Assembly (NCBI RefSeq): GCF_009914755.1 | Contig: NC_060929.1 | Length of the DNA stretch: 64,000 nucleotides | From: the human T2T-CHM13v2.0 reference genome, Homo sapiens | Reading direction: 5' to 3' (one strand) | The notes under the pieces: generated by a model | What the model was told of the DNA's origin: nothing | The model's database searches: none | Seen by the model: only the letters and a program-made list of their open reading frames with translations | Position numbers and translations under genes: made by a program | Part shown: piece by piece, positions 14,237-28,987 of the stretch | Position numbering within the stretch: position 1 is the first letter of the stretch | Layout of the letters: each line of letters starts with the position of its first letter

Positions 14237-15258
14237 ACAAAAGCAAAACTTTAATATCAATTATAGTGCTTAGACAAACTTTAGAAGACATACAAATGTG
14301 TTTTATAGTATTACATGCGATATTCATAGTATCTTTGCAGGCAAGAATTTCAAGTTGAAAAATAAGCCAAAATTCTCACCAGCAGAATTTTTTAAAGGGA
14401 GCAACTGTTGCGTGCAAACACTAATCTCCCGGGCGCAGTCAAACAATACCTTCCCCAAGGGTCAGCTGCTAATTGTTAAACTCTCTAGCGAATAGTAAAA
14501 CAGCTGTGTCTTGAATCTGCAAAAACATTATCATCTAATGAGTGAAGAATATGTGATTGTGCAATAATAAAAAGGGCCCAGTGTGTTGTTAAGTGTGCCA
14601 GTAGCACAAATGGGCCAGTGTGTATATATATACATATTTTTTTCTTTTACAAAGCAGAGAAAAGCAGATTTTTAAGTTATTAGTGAACTTGACATGAAAA
14701 TATTAAAATGAAATGGTTCCAAAACATTTTCTTTCTCTTCAGCCAGTCTATCAACTGTCTCAGAAAGCATATGCAACTTGAGAAAAGAAATAAAAGTAAT
14801 GATCATGTCTTTAAATCCTATTTAAGCTAAAAGGCAGGATGAAAAGAAAATTATTTAAACTAAAGTTCTTTCTATGTGGTTCTATGGTATGTGTTAGGTA
14901 TTGATAAACTGCATCAAATTTTACAGGAAATTTATATTCTCAAATAAATGTTATATTTATTGAAATTAAAATATTAAGGATAAAATTGGTTCAGTTTACA
15001 CATCAGGAAACACTCCATATGGTTCAGCAGTCAGCACAAAATCTGAAAGATTTCCCAAATTCACTCTGATATTTTTCACTTTTCTCAGCATGTTCCTTTT
15101 GCCCAGTTTCTAAATTCCTAATCAACTTTCACAGTCTTCTCTGAGGATGCACACAGTGTTTTCTTCCTTTGCATGCTGGATGTCTCTTTTGGCCCTCCTC
15201 AAATGGCACTTTGGTTTAATGGTGATTCTGGAAATATCTCTCTCCCTCTATTAGAATG

Positions 15259-17313
15259 TGCGTAGGTTTGTTTTCACACTACTGTAAAGACATACTCATC
15301 ACTGGGTAATTTATAAAGGAAAGAGGTTTAATTGACTCACAGTTCTGCATGGCTGGGGAGGCCTCAGGAAACTTAGAATCATGGTGGAAGGGGAAGCAAG
15401 CATGTCTTTCATGGTGGCAGGCAAGAGAGAAAGTGTGTGTGAAGTGAAGAGGGAAGAGTCCCTTATAAAACCATCAGATCTTGTGAGAACTCACTCACTA
15501 TCACAAGAATAGCATGGGAGAAACCGCCCCCATGATCAAATCACCTCCCACCAGGTCTCTTCCTCAACACCTGGGGATTACAATTCAAGATGAGATTTCG
15601 GTGGAGAGACAAAGCCTAACCATATCATTCCAATCCTAGCCCCTCCCAAATTTCATGTCCTCACATTTCAAAACCAATCATGCCTTCCCAACAGTCCCTC
15701 AAAGTCTTAACTAATTTCAGCACTAAGTCAAAAGTCCAAGTCTCAAGTTTCACCTTAAATAAGGCAAGTCCCTTATGCCTAAGAACCTGTAAAATCAAAA
15801 GCAAGTTAGTTACTTCCAAGATACAATAGGGCTACAGGCATTGGATAAATGCTCCCATTCCAAATGGGAGAAATTGGCCAGAATGAAGAGGTTACATGCC
15901 CCATGCAAGTCCAAAATCCAGCAGGGCAGTCAAATCTTAAAGCTCCAAAATGATCTTCTTTGACTCCATGTCTCACATCCACACCACACTGATACAAGAG
16001 GTGGGCTCCCATGGCATTGGGCAGCTCCACCCCTGTGGCTTTGCAGGGTACAGCTTCCCTGCCCCAGCTGCTTTCATAGGCTGGCCTTGAGTGTCTGTAG
16101 CTTTTCCAGGTGCATGGTGCAAGCTGTCAGTGGATCTAGTGTTCTGGGGTCTGGTGGCCCTCTTCTCACAGCTCCACTAGGCAGTGCCCCAGTGGGGACT
16201 CTGTATGGGGGCTCCAATCCCACATTTCCCCTTTGCACTGCCCTAGCAGAGATTCTCCACAAGGACTTCACCCCTGAAACAGACTTCTGCCTGGACATCC
16301 AGGCATTTTCATACCTCCTCTGAAATCTAAGCAGAAGTTCCCAAACCTTAATTTTTGACTGCTGTGCACCTGCAGGCTCAACACCATGTGTAAGCCACCA
16401 AGGCTTGGGGATAGGACCCACTGAAGCAATGGCCTTAGCTGTATGTTGGCCCCTTTTAGCTACTTTTGGGATGCAGGGCACCAAGTCCCAAGGCTGCATA
16501 GAGCAGCAGAGGGCCCCTGGACCAGGCCCACAAAACCAGTTTTCCCTCCTAGGCCTTGGGTCTGTGATGGCAGGGGCTGCTATGAAGGTCTCTGACATGC
16601 CCTGGAGACATTTTCCCCATTGCCTTGGTAATTAACATTTGGCTTCTTGTTACTTATGCAACTTTCTGCAACTTATTAAATTCCTCCTCAGAAAGTGGGC
16701 TTTTCTTTTCTACTATATGGTCATGCTGCAAATATTCTAAACCTTTATACTCTGCTTTCCTTTTAAACATAAGTTCCAATTTCAGATCATCTCTCTCAAG
16801 TTGAAAGTTCCACAGATCTCTAGGACAGGGGTAAAATGCCACCAGTCTCTTTGCTAAGCATAACAAGAGTACATTTGTTTCATTTCCCATTGCCTCTACA
16901 TTTTTGGGTATCTTTATCATAGTACACTACTCTCTGAGATACCAAATTACTGTATTAGTCCTTTTTCACACTGCTATAAACACATACACAAGACTGGATA
17001 ACTTATAAAGAAAACAGGTTTAATTGACTCACAGTTCTACATGGCTGGGGAGGCCTCAGGAAACTTACAATCATGGTGGAAGAGGAAGCAGGCACATCTT
17101 ATATAGTGGCAGGTGAGAGAGAAGTGCAAGCAGGGTAAATGCCAGATGTTTGTAAAACCATCAGATGTTGTGAGAACTCACTCACTATCATAAGAATAGC
17201 ATGGAGGAAACGACTCCCATGATCCAGTCACCTCCCACTAGGTCTCTCCCTCAACACCTGGGGATTATGATTCAATATGAGATTTAGTGGGGACAAAAAG
17301 CCTAACCATATCA
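15259..17313 (-). mobile_element. THE1 (ERVL-MaLR) provirus: LTR 15259-15627, internal 15628-16950, LTR 16951-17313
   Basis: Two LTRs each ending AAAGCCTAACCATATCA, THE1-int between them; 5-bp TSD GAATG at 15254-15258 and 17314-17318; interrupts an L2-like ..TTAGAATG|TAAAC.. fragment. Confidence 0.95.
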
Positions 17314-17442
17314 GAATGTAAACACTTTGTGCACAGGGATTACACTTCACTATGGCCAAGAGCCACCTGGAAATTGGCACCATTTGTCTCCAAACAAATC
17401 TTCATTATTTTGTACTGATGAATAAGAATTAGACCAGATTCT

Positions 17443-17799
<357 letters not shown>

Positions 17800-18929
17800 T
17801 TATGCAAAGAGACGTTATCTACCCAATTCTCAACCCCGCATGGGTAAGCAATCCTGTTCAGTCTTCTTTCATCTCCCTGACTCCTACAATGCCTTCAAAC
17901 TTTGCCTCACTTTGTAGCCTCTGGGAAAGCAAGAAGCCTAGTTTCTACAGCACCTAGCACAATGTCACATATAGTTGGCGTGAGTATTAATAAGGACATA
18001 ACAAGAATAATGTATTTTTGTTTCACTTAGAGAAAATTATAGTCATGGTCACTTAAAGAGTTCTAAATTGTTCAACTGAAAATGGAAAGATGTTATTAAA
18101 GACTTTTAATTGGTGATACTGAGAAAATAATACCTCTTCGTCTTCAGGGGACATTAATTTTCAAGATGCATTTTAATTATATTAGTAAACATGTATGTAC
18201 TCAGGAAATAAAAGCCACAATTGACAGTGTTTATTTTCTGAAGGTGGAATAGGTACAGAATGTCTTTCTCAGGATAGGTGGATGGGTTGTCAAGAATGTG
18301 CAGTCTTCCCATGGTCTCTCTTAAAACTTCCTTTTCTTAGGTCCACTGAAACCTTTTTTAAAGACTGAGTTCTGCTACGATGGTTACTTGTACATTTCAC
18401 CTCCTTGTTGCCAGTACTGAGAAGAGGTGAAAAAGAAAATGAGGCTCAGAAGATCAAGAGCGCTAAAAATGTACACATCAGATTGCCTAGACCCCAATTT
18501 CCATATTCACTCTTCCTGTGTATCCCACACTCTCTCCTCAACACTGTGAAAGCAGCATCCTGTGTGTAGTCTGTACTTCAGTGGTGTGACCAGAACTGGT
18601 AGGCAGCAAAGACTGTCGCTGGGGTGACTCAGCCTCAAACACACTGACAGCCTGGGCCTCTTCCCGTGAGATTACATCCCCTCCCAAGGAGGCTGAACAA
18701 TGCCAAGTAGCAGCTCCACAGGAAGCTGTTATTCTCTTTAGGTAAATGGTTTTCACCTGAACCCTGGATTTTTCAGACACTTAAGACATACAGGTCTTCC
18801 TCCATATGGAAGGTATACACTCTTAATTCTCTTGATAAACTGAGAAAGGCCTGATAACTTAAAAATAAGTATAAACAGTTCTTGGAATGCTAAGGCAATA
18901 ATAAGGCTACCTATTACAAGTGCTTAAGG

Positions 18930-19290
18930 TGAAAAACTGGAAACAAACTAAGTGTTAAATTACAGTACAACTCCACAAGAGGAAGTAGATGACCATTCAA
19001 AGTCATGTTATCACAGAACATATAATAGCAAGGGGAAATGGTCATCATTCAGTGTTAAGTGAAAAGAGAGGAATACATAACCACATCACTACAAATGTTA
19101 TATGTATTAGTATGCTACAAATGTTATAAAGTATGTTTTAATGTACATAAGAAAACAAAAGCCAGGAAGAAAATATACCAAAATGTTAGCAATAGTAATC
19201 TTAGTAGAATTTCAGGTGATTTATAATTCTTTCTTAAATTTTCTATTTTTAAAGTTTTTATAATGAATACAGGTCAACTTTTAAATCACA
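18930..19290 (+). mobile_element. Ancient L1M 3'UTR fragment
   Basis: GAAAAACTGGAAACAAACTAAGTGT..GTTAAGTGAAAAG..GGAAGAAAATATACCAAAATGTTAGCAATAGT. Confidence 0.6.
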
Positions 19291-19394
19291 AAATAAAAAT
19301 AATCATTGGTTTTTAAAATAATAAATTTGAATATTTTTATAAAGATATAATTATGGAGAAAAGTGGCAAGTACCATTACACAACATTGCAGGGA

Positions 19395-19773
19395 AGTGGT
19401 CAAGGGACTGGGCTCTGGAATGACTGTACAGCCTCGTGACCTTAGGTTAACTTCTCTGAGCTGTGTATCCTTGCCGATTGAATAGGGATACTGTATTTCA
19501 TCACACTAAGAGTCTATGGATTGTAAGATATATATATATATATGATCCTTTTATGTACAAATAAGAGTTTTTAAAAATACTGCCAATACTCCATCTTAAG
19601 GCAAATTCTTATTTCAGAGATTTGAAAAAAAATGCATCAGAGCCTCAAAGAACTATGGTAATATTTGCACCTACTTCATAAAGTTTCATGAGAATTAAAT
19701 AAAACAATCTATGTAAAGTTCTCAGAAGAGCATATGACACTTAATAAACACTTAACAAATGTGAGCCATTATT
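19395..19773 (+). mobile_element. MIR SINE interrupted by a TcMar MITE
   Basis: GGCTCTGGA..GTGACCTTAGGTTAACTTCTCTGAGC core, resuming after 19660 with CACCTACTTCATA..TGTAAAGTTCTCAGAA..TATT. Confidence 0.7.
19491..19658. mobile_element. TcMar-Tc2 MITE, MER104-like
   Basis: TA|CTGTATTTCATC...AACTATGG|TA: TA target duplication and degenerate TIRs; internal GATTGTAAGAT and ATTTCAGAGAT. Confidence 0.55.
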
Positions 19774-21833
19774 GCAGACTCACTTAGGATGGCTAGCAAA
19801 GACCCTGAGGGTGAAGGTTGATGTTTCAATTTGAGAGGTCTGAGGGTGGCTGTCATGAAAACCTGAAGCCAGAGTCCCCTACCCTTGCTGGCTAGGAATG
19901 AGAGCCACAAGTAGAAAATACAGCCATTGTTTTAGAAAGCAACATTACATAGGATTCTTGGACTTGACATTCTTAAATAACTGGGTAAGAAGTTAAATGT
20001 ATAAGGCTGAGAAAGAAAAAGAGGAAGTGAAGAAAGTTTGAGGTTGGCTTAAGTTTTATAATCGTCAAATTATCTCTGTATCCCTAATATTTATTGAGTA
20101 ACCACAGGACACACAGAGCCCTGTAGTTGCATGGGTGGAGTAGAAATAAAGCTTCAAAGAAAAAAAGCACATTTGCAGTCTTTTTTCTTAGAACATTCCA
20201 AACAAGTAAACAAAATAAAGACATACATATAGGAAAACATGCAATGTATGTGCCTATAATGGTATACATAAATGTCAATAGAACAGAATAAAGACAAGTA
20301 CAAAAATGAAGGTGTGGTAAAATTATTTTATTAAATTATTAATTAATTTATTAAATTGTTAAATTATTTCACATTTTTTTGAGCTGCAGTAAGACTCCAG
20401 GAAGTTAAGCACTTTTTGAAAAAGACCTATTACGACTAAATGTAAAATATTCATCATTATCTAGGTTTAAGAGCAAGACTAGTGAAAGAGAAAGAGTTAC
20501 TAGAAGCAATAAAAAGCAATACGTTTCATCATATTGCTCACTTAAGGGTTAAATCTATCATGTTTTTAATTACTCACATATAAAGTTTCTACCAAATATT
20601 TACCATGTGGGTTTTTAAGTTTGATGAATGTAAAAGCACTGGCACAGGCTTCAGCTAGGAAGTGAAGTAAAAATGTTGACCAAGTGGGAGAAATCTGGCA
20701 AAACAAGTCAACCAGAACCCTGACCTTTGAGCCTTTTCAGGTTTTGTATAGAACAAATCTTGTATAGAAATAAGATGTGACCTGGAAATGGTCCCAAAAA
20801 TTGAAATACTTTACAGTGCCAGGAACAACATCATGTCAAACAAAGAGGAAAAGGAACTGTTAGCAGAAAGACATTTCTTCAGTTTGTATGTGCCCTTAAG
20901 AGGCAAATTAGTATTAGGATGTGGAGCAACAGTATAGTGGAGTCCGAAATACACTTTTAGCTTATGGTGAATTTTGAGGCTCAAGAGAACAAAGCACATA
21001 ATTTCGGAGTATATTATAACCTGGAAGAGCTGAGCCCTTCAGATTTGTCCTCTGAGTTCCCAAAGTGCATTACTTTCTCTCAGGGGAAAGATTCATCAAT
21101 GTGCACCAGATGGGGTTGAAGGGAATGACTGATGTTCAACATTTTGTGTGGGTGTTGATTTGCAAACAAGGAGTGATTTTTTAAACTAGCATCTGTGTTT
21201 GCCAATTTTTTTTTAATCTTGGTTTTCATTTTAGAACACAATCTTTCAAGTTTTCATAAAATGGTAGATTTCTTTGAATACTAGAATGAAAGAGGCTTCA
21301 TCTGTCTCCTAGTCTGCATTATTCCATGTAACCCCTCTGGAGCAAGAAAGGCATGTTGAGGTCCTGGAGTGGGGAGGCCCTGTGGTCCATGCTGAGCTGC
21401 TTCTTAACATATACTCACCCTTGACTACACTGTCTTAGAACAAACGGAGTTGTCCAACGTGTGTATGGGTGGCTCCCATGGTCATGAGCCATGACCCAAG
21501 CCTTGGGTCACCAGCCCAACGAGTGATCAGTAAGCATGCCTTGGTATGGGGGCAGTTTTAATGTTTGGACCAGAGGGAACAGCTCTTGTTTCTACAGGGG
21601 CCAGGCAGGTTGTGTAAATGAGTTCAGTGAAGCTGCAGTGAAAAATCCACTGAGCAAGTGCAATGATGAATGTTGACTATTGCTTGGCCTCAATGAGGAC
21701 AGAAAAGGGAGTGACAGAGGCTGTGTTGACCCAGAGAAGACAGGCTCTGTTTTAAAGGGGGAGCCACCACTTAGCTCCCATTGCTTTTTGTAAGGAAAAT
21801 GGGCGGAGGTGCCAGCTCCTCTGAATTTTCTAG

Positions 21834-22332
21834 CAGGGCTGGCTTCAAGGGCATGCATTCCCTGCAGTGCCCCAGGGCCAGCACTCAGAAGGACCCACAC
21901 CTGGTTTGATGCTCTGCTATCCCCATCTTGAAATTCTTTTTTATTATTAGTATTTTTAATTTTTCTAGAGACAGGTCTCACTTTGCGGCTTAGCTTGGAG
22001 TACAGCAGTACTATCATAGCTCACTGCTAACTCAACTTCCTGTTTTCAAGGGATCCTCCTAGGAGCCTCAGCCTCGAAGTAGCTGGGATGACAGGTGTGA
22101 ACCACCATGCCCAGCTAATATTTAAATTGTTTGTAAAGATGTGGTCTTGCCATCTTCCCCAGGCTGATCTTGACATCCTGGGCTCAAGCAATCCTCCCAC
22201 CTTGGCCTTCCAAAGTGCTGGGATTACAGGCATGAGCTACTGTGCCCGGCCAAAATTCTTAATAATTTTTGAACAAAAGGTACCTGGACTTTTCATTTTG
22301 CACTGGATTTCAAAAGCGATGTAGCCAGTCCT
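21834..22332 (+). mobile_element. hAT-Tip100 MITE, MER45A-like, split by an AluJ
   Basis: CAGGGCTGGCTTCA..CTCAGAAGGACCC..CATCTTGAAATTCTT | Alu | AAATTCTTAATAATTTTTGAACAA..GTAGCCAGTCCT. Confidence 0.7.
21947..22251 (-). mobile_element. AluJ, antisense
   Basis: GACAGGTCTCACT..ATCATAGCTCACTGC..CTGGGCTCAAGCAATCCTCCCACC (J-type); TSD AAATTCTT. Confidence 0.9.
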
Positions 22333-22550
22333 ACTTTCAAAAGCAGTTATACATGTGTAATTTTCTACAAAATATTCCAATTTTTAAATATTGGCAACTA
22401 ATTGAAACTTTTGAAATGTAGTGAATGCTACACATCTGCAAGCTAACTGGTCTAGAGTTGGCCAACATGTTCACCCCTCTAGATTGCCTCAATGATTATA
22501 CTAGAATCTTAGAACTCAGAGCTATGATGTCTTAGATGCAACCTGGCTAA

Positions 22551-23071
<521 letters not shown>

Positions 23072-23135
23072 AAAAGTTTTTTTTTTAATCTCTTAGTGAC
23101 TTCAATTTTTTGCCAGGGATTTAAGCCGTTGTTGA

Positions 23136-23478
<343 letters not shown>

Positions 23479-25742
23479 TAACTCTTGACTTAGCCAGAGG
23501 CAAGAAATACATTACCAGATCCTACCCAAGGTCTGCAGGTTTTCATGTAGGCGATTTCTTTCTTTTCCCCTTCCTTCATGCCATCAGCTTTGATAACATT
23601 CTATGTGATGTAAGAAGGGAAAAAAGTAGCTTAAACAAATGTAAAACCATATTCTAGTTTAACTGTTTTAATCTTCTTTATATTAGCACATTAGAAAGGT
23701 GTGCATTCCTGGGTTATCAGACATTATATGGACCAGCTATTTTTATAGATTTTAATTTGTGTTGAACCCATCCCTATAAAAAACGTAAAATAAACAACAT
23801 CATCCCTTTTCAAGAGTCTGCCAGTGTATATTTCTTTGCCTTTATGGCCCCATTTTTGTGTCTTTCTTCTTGCCCTGTTCCATGGCATCTCATAAGACAG
23901 GAAAAATCTTGCAAGCCATCAGTAATTGAATATGTGCTTTGACAGATCCTGCAGCAGGCAATGAATACATTTCTCATAGTGAAAATTTATACCTGAAGCT
24001 GTGCTAGCTTAATCATTTCATCCCTGTTTGCCTCAAAGTCTAATTTTCAAAGTAGATTAAACTTGTTAATGAGGCAACAGGATTTAGAGACAATTTAGTT
24101 GAAAGATATTGTGATGGGTAAGACAGGTGATTTCAGAAATGGATTTGACAAAGACTACAAAGCCAACCATCACAATAACAGAGCTGAGTAGAATAGAGCC
24201 CGAGTTCTAGACAGATTCAGGGTTTGGTTTAACTTAAGCAATTTTTCTTTGGTATGCTCACCCCTGCCTTGTGAGGGTGTCTGCTCCTGCCCAGGTCACT
24301 CTGAGCGACCCGGTGAATCTTTCTCATCCAGCACTAGGCTGGATTTCCCTCTAGCAGAGACAAAGGGTGAGGAGACAGGGCTGTGTGGCGGATGAGTGAG
24401 ATATTTTGGGGACGCAGCAGGATGTGGATGGTGTGGCTGCTCTTTGTGCATTCACAGTGGCAGCCTGCCGAGCAGCCCAGCCAACAGTGCCCTGTCTTTG
24501 CTCTTTTGTTGTTTCGTACCATGTGGTGCCAGCAATATTCTGGCAGCTGACACCGTCAGCAGGTGTCCCTAAAATACCAAGAAACCCTGGGAAGACAGGA
24601 GGAGGAAATAATGTCTGAAGCCTCACAGGGCCTTGTGCCACCATTTCAGCGGAATTGACTTTTGTTATTTGTTTATTATTTTTTAAACCAAAGGGCGCCA
24701 CCCTTCTCTTTGTGGTTCTTTGAAGATAGCAAGATTGCACTGCTAGTCTCTGTTCTTAAGAAGGGTCATGTGTGGAAGAACAAATAACCCTGAGATACTA
24801 AGAAGGAGCTGGATGGACTTGAAAAAGCAGCATTTGGAATAAAACTAGTAAATACCACCATCTAAGAAAAGCAAGAAAGATGCAGTTTTTATTTTAATAA
24901 ATGGCTGTTATTAGCCAAGAAGCCATGTTCTTGCCTCCATGTCAGTCATGGAGACTGGAGCTGTCTGGAGGAGAGTCAGGGAGTGAGTTGGGATGCTGCT
25001 AGTAGGAATAGTGAGAGTGGGCCGCCCTTTCAAGACATGTGGCCACGAATGAGAGCACAGGGTGAGAGCTTGAGGGGCATGTGCACTAAGAAGGTGGTTC
25101 TTTTGTTGATTTGTTTGTATGAAAGGAAAGTCTTAAGCATATTTATAGCTGTGAATAGTACTGAGGAGAGAGTTGAAGTAATAGGACGAGGAAACCACAT
25201 GGGACAGACTTGACCGAGCTCAGGGAGGTGGCATTTGAGATCATTTTGCAAGCCCCTTAGTGAACAAATAAGACAAGTGAGGCTCAGAGGAAAAACAAAC
25301 AAACAAACACAGTTTACTGATTTATCTGAAAAATTTGTCATCAAGCAAATCATTTCAAGGTATTTGCTAGTTTCCCATGTGAATTTTGTCATAAATGAAG
25401 ATTCTATTGCGAGCAAGACCTTGGGTTTAAATAGATGATAGACAGAAACAACAGAATGCAATTTTAAAAAAAAAGCTATAACTCTTACTTTAGCATGAAA
25501 AAATTATGCTGAGTCAAGAGGGACATGTATGTGCTATACATATTAATGGTCCCTCACTGTACCCAAGGAGTAAGATATCATTCCTGTGTATCATAAATTT
25601 GTCCTGAAATTAATATTCTAACTACTTTCAGTAGAATGTAACCTTTATAAAAGCCAGCACTTTGTCTTTCCTGCAATGGTCTCCCTTGAATCTAGAATAG
25701 GGCCTAGATAAGTAGCATTCAATAATAAAAGAATATTTGTTT

Positions 25743-26108
<366 letters not shown>

Positions 26109-26194
26109 TTAAAACTGGACTTATTTTGCACCCGTTTTCACCCCACACACCCCTTACGCCCACAAAAGCATATTATCTTTCTTTGTAGTGCCTA

Positions 26195-26504
<310 letters not shown>

Positions 26505-27350
26505 TAGTGCCTATTTTAATTAAAGATGTTTCCATTCACCTAGTCAATAAAGCAAAAAAAAAAAAAAAAAAAAAAAAAACAGGGAAACATCAGTGATTCC
26601 TCCCTTGTCCCCATTTCTAGAACTAATGGGTTCCCACATTCTGTCAATTCTACCTTGGAAAAAGGTCGATTAATATTTTCCCTGCTCAGCATTTCCACAG
26701 TCCCCCTCTTGTGCAGGCCTTCATCATCTCTCAACTGGTCCCGTGTTTATTTTCATCATCAAACCAGTGTTATTTCCAAATGTCCATCCAATGGTTAAAA
26801 GTATGACTCATGATTTTCTACAGAACAAATTTCCATGGTGCTACCTTTAAGAGTTTGCACAATCTAATCTCTTGCTATGCTTTGTGTTTCATTACTTTCC
26901 CCCATGCACTTTTGCCCATTCAAGGTGGACCCATACTTTCACAGTCTCATGCCATTTCTCATGCTGTTTCCTCTGTTTAGAATATCCTTGCCTCCTAGCC
27001 ATCTGATAAAATCAAAATTATTTTTCACATTTTTCCTCCATTATTAACTCATCTTCCAAGAAGCTTCTTCCCTTGAAATTCACATAGTGAATAGTCCGTT
27101 ATATTTTTGCTGCTGACAGTATTTCTTTTAAAGACCAATCTACTTTCAAAAGATATAGAACTTTATGACAGAAGGTGAAAACAGCCAATTTAATGTTTAA
27201 ACCCAGTATGTCCATATTTAATGGACATAAAATATAAACAGATAAGATGTTTGACTTCCCTCATAACTAAAGTAAGTCAAAATAGCTATATGTCATTTTG
27301 TACGTTTCTGATTGGCAAAATATAAAAGTTTTATTTAAAAAACAGGACTG

Positions 27351-27554
27351 GTTCAAGATCAGCCTGACCAACATGGTGAAACTCCGTCTCTACTAAAAAT
27401 ACAAAAATTACCAGGCGTGGTGGCAGGCACCTGTAATCCCAGCTACTCAGAAGGCTGAGGCAGGAGAATCCACTTGAACCTGGAAGGTGGAGGTTGCGGT
27501 GAGCCAAGTTTGCACCACTGCACTCCAGCCTGGGCAACAGAGTGAGACTCCATC

Positions 27555-27586
<32 letters not shown>

Positions 27587-27600
27587 ATACATAAATAAAT
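27351..27600 (+). mobile_element. 5'-truncated AluS with (TAAA)n tail
   Basis: Starts at GTTCAAGATCAGCCTGACC; right monomer complete; TAAA repeat tail. Confidence 0.92.
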
Positions 27601-27809
27601 GCTCACTGCAACCTCCACCTCCTGGATTCAAGCGATTCTACTGCCTCAGCTTCCCGAACAGTTGGGATTACTGGTGCCCACCACCACACCCAGCTAATTT
27701 TTGTATTTTCAGTAGAGACAGGATTTCACCATGTTGGCCAGCCTGGTCTTCAAACTCCTGACCTCAAGTGATTCGCCTGCCTCAGCCTCCCAAAGTGCTG
27801 GGATTACAG
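27601..27809 (-). mobile_element. Doubly truncated AluS, antisense, abutting the previous Alu
   Basis: GCTCACTGCAACCTCC ... CAAAGTGCTGGGATTACAG; no tail, no 5' GGCC end. Confidence 0.92.
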
Positions 27810-28249
27810 TGATTTTTTTTTTAATCTCTATGTTTGGTGACCAAACTCCTGAGTGGCTACAGTTTTCTTATCATTACTGCTCCTAAGCATGGTCCTGGTT
27901 CTCTCTTATGGTTGCAGTCTGTGAAGCATTTCTGTGTCCTCCTGGAGTCAGTGCCATAGTAAACCCTTCACGTGGTCACACAGGCTCAGTCTTTTTATTC
28001 AGAGGGTCATAAAACAACTTCACAACAAATGGAACACAGAGGGATTTAGCCATTGCCCAACTTGAGAGTGAACTTGGAACTTCCTCCTTCCCTGGGCCTG
28101 TTTGCATTTCTGTACTTTTATTTTCTTGGTCTGAGTTTACCTGATATCCATTGGCTATCCAATTCCTGACCTTACTTCTAGCCTTCATATTTTCTTCCTG
28201 GAGAGCCTGGGTAACTTTCCTTATTGAAGCCAGTCCAACAATAGCAATT

Positions 28250-28510
28250 AAAAGCTCAGGCCGGATAACTCTTCAGGGATTCAAAACCCATCTCTGCCAC
28301 TTACTAGATGTGACTTCTCACCTAAACTCTGCCACTCACCTTGGCCTATCTTCTGTGCCTTAGTTTCCTCTACTGCAAAATAAAAAGGCTAATAAGAGTC
28401 TCTACCACATAAAATTCTTATCGTGTTCTTATGAGTTAATATATGTAAAGTGCTTAGAATAGTATCTGGCATGCAGAAAGTACTGAATAAGAATTAGCTA
28501 TCATTATTAC
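28250..28510 (+). mobile_element. MIR SINE
   Basis: TCTGCCACTTACTAGATGTGAC..TGCCTTAGTTTCCTC..TGTAAAGTGCTTAGAATAGT. Confidence 0.75.
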
Positions 28511-28680
28511 TTCAGAGACACTTAGGTCGTTCTGGGGAGAAAAGGCAGTATCCATTATTTAAATTTGAAAAGACACTAGTTATGTAAATTTTACATTGAA
28601 GATAAACTATATAAAAGGAGCAGTTTGCCACCTACTCAGAAAGAAAGGCTTCTGTGTAAACTTTAGAAATCCTGTCTATA

Positions 28681-28987
28681 TAGCCAGGTGTGGTGGCTCG
28701 TACCTGTAATCCCAGCATTTTGGGAGGCTGAGGCGGGCAGATCACTTGAAGTCAAGAGTTTGAGGCCAGCCTGGCCAATGTAGTGAAACCCCATCTCTAC
28801 TAAAAATACAAAAATTAGCAGGGCGTGGTGACAGGTGCCTATAATCTCAGCTACTCGGGAGGCTGAGGTGGGAGAATCAATTGAACCCAAGAGGCAGAGG
28901 TTGCAGTGAGCTGAGGTCGCATGCCACTGCACTCCAGCCTAGGCGAAAGAGTGAGACTCTGTCTCAAAAATAAATAAATAAATAAAA
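28681..28987 (+). mobile_element. AluS
   Basis: Full dimeric Alu with (TAAA)n tail. Confidence 0.93.

Noticed and set aside
15806-16920. ORFs up to 174 aa in the THE1 internal region
   Set aside because: Fragmented MaLR internal sequence with no intact gag/pol
18538-18780. 80-aa minus-strand ORF in a GC-richer patch
   Set aside because: No recognisable protein or exon boundaries; may be a decayed repeat or non-coding exon, which I cannot determine
20315-20370. Apparent AT-rich palindromes
   Set aside because: Low-complexity sequence where self-complementarity is expected
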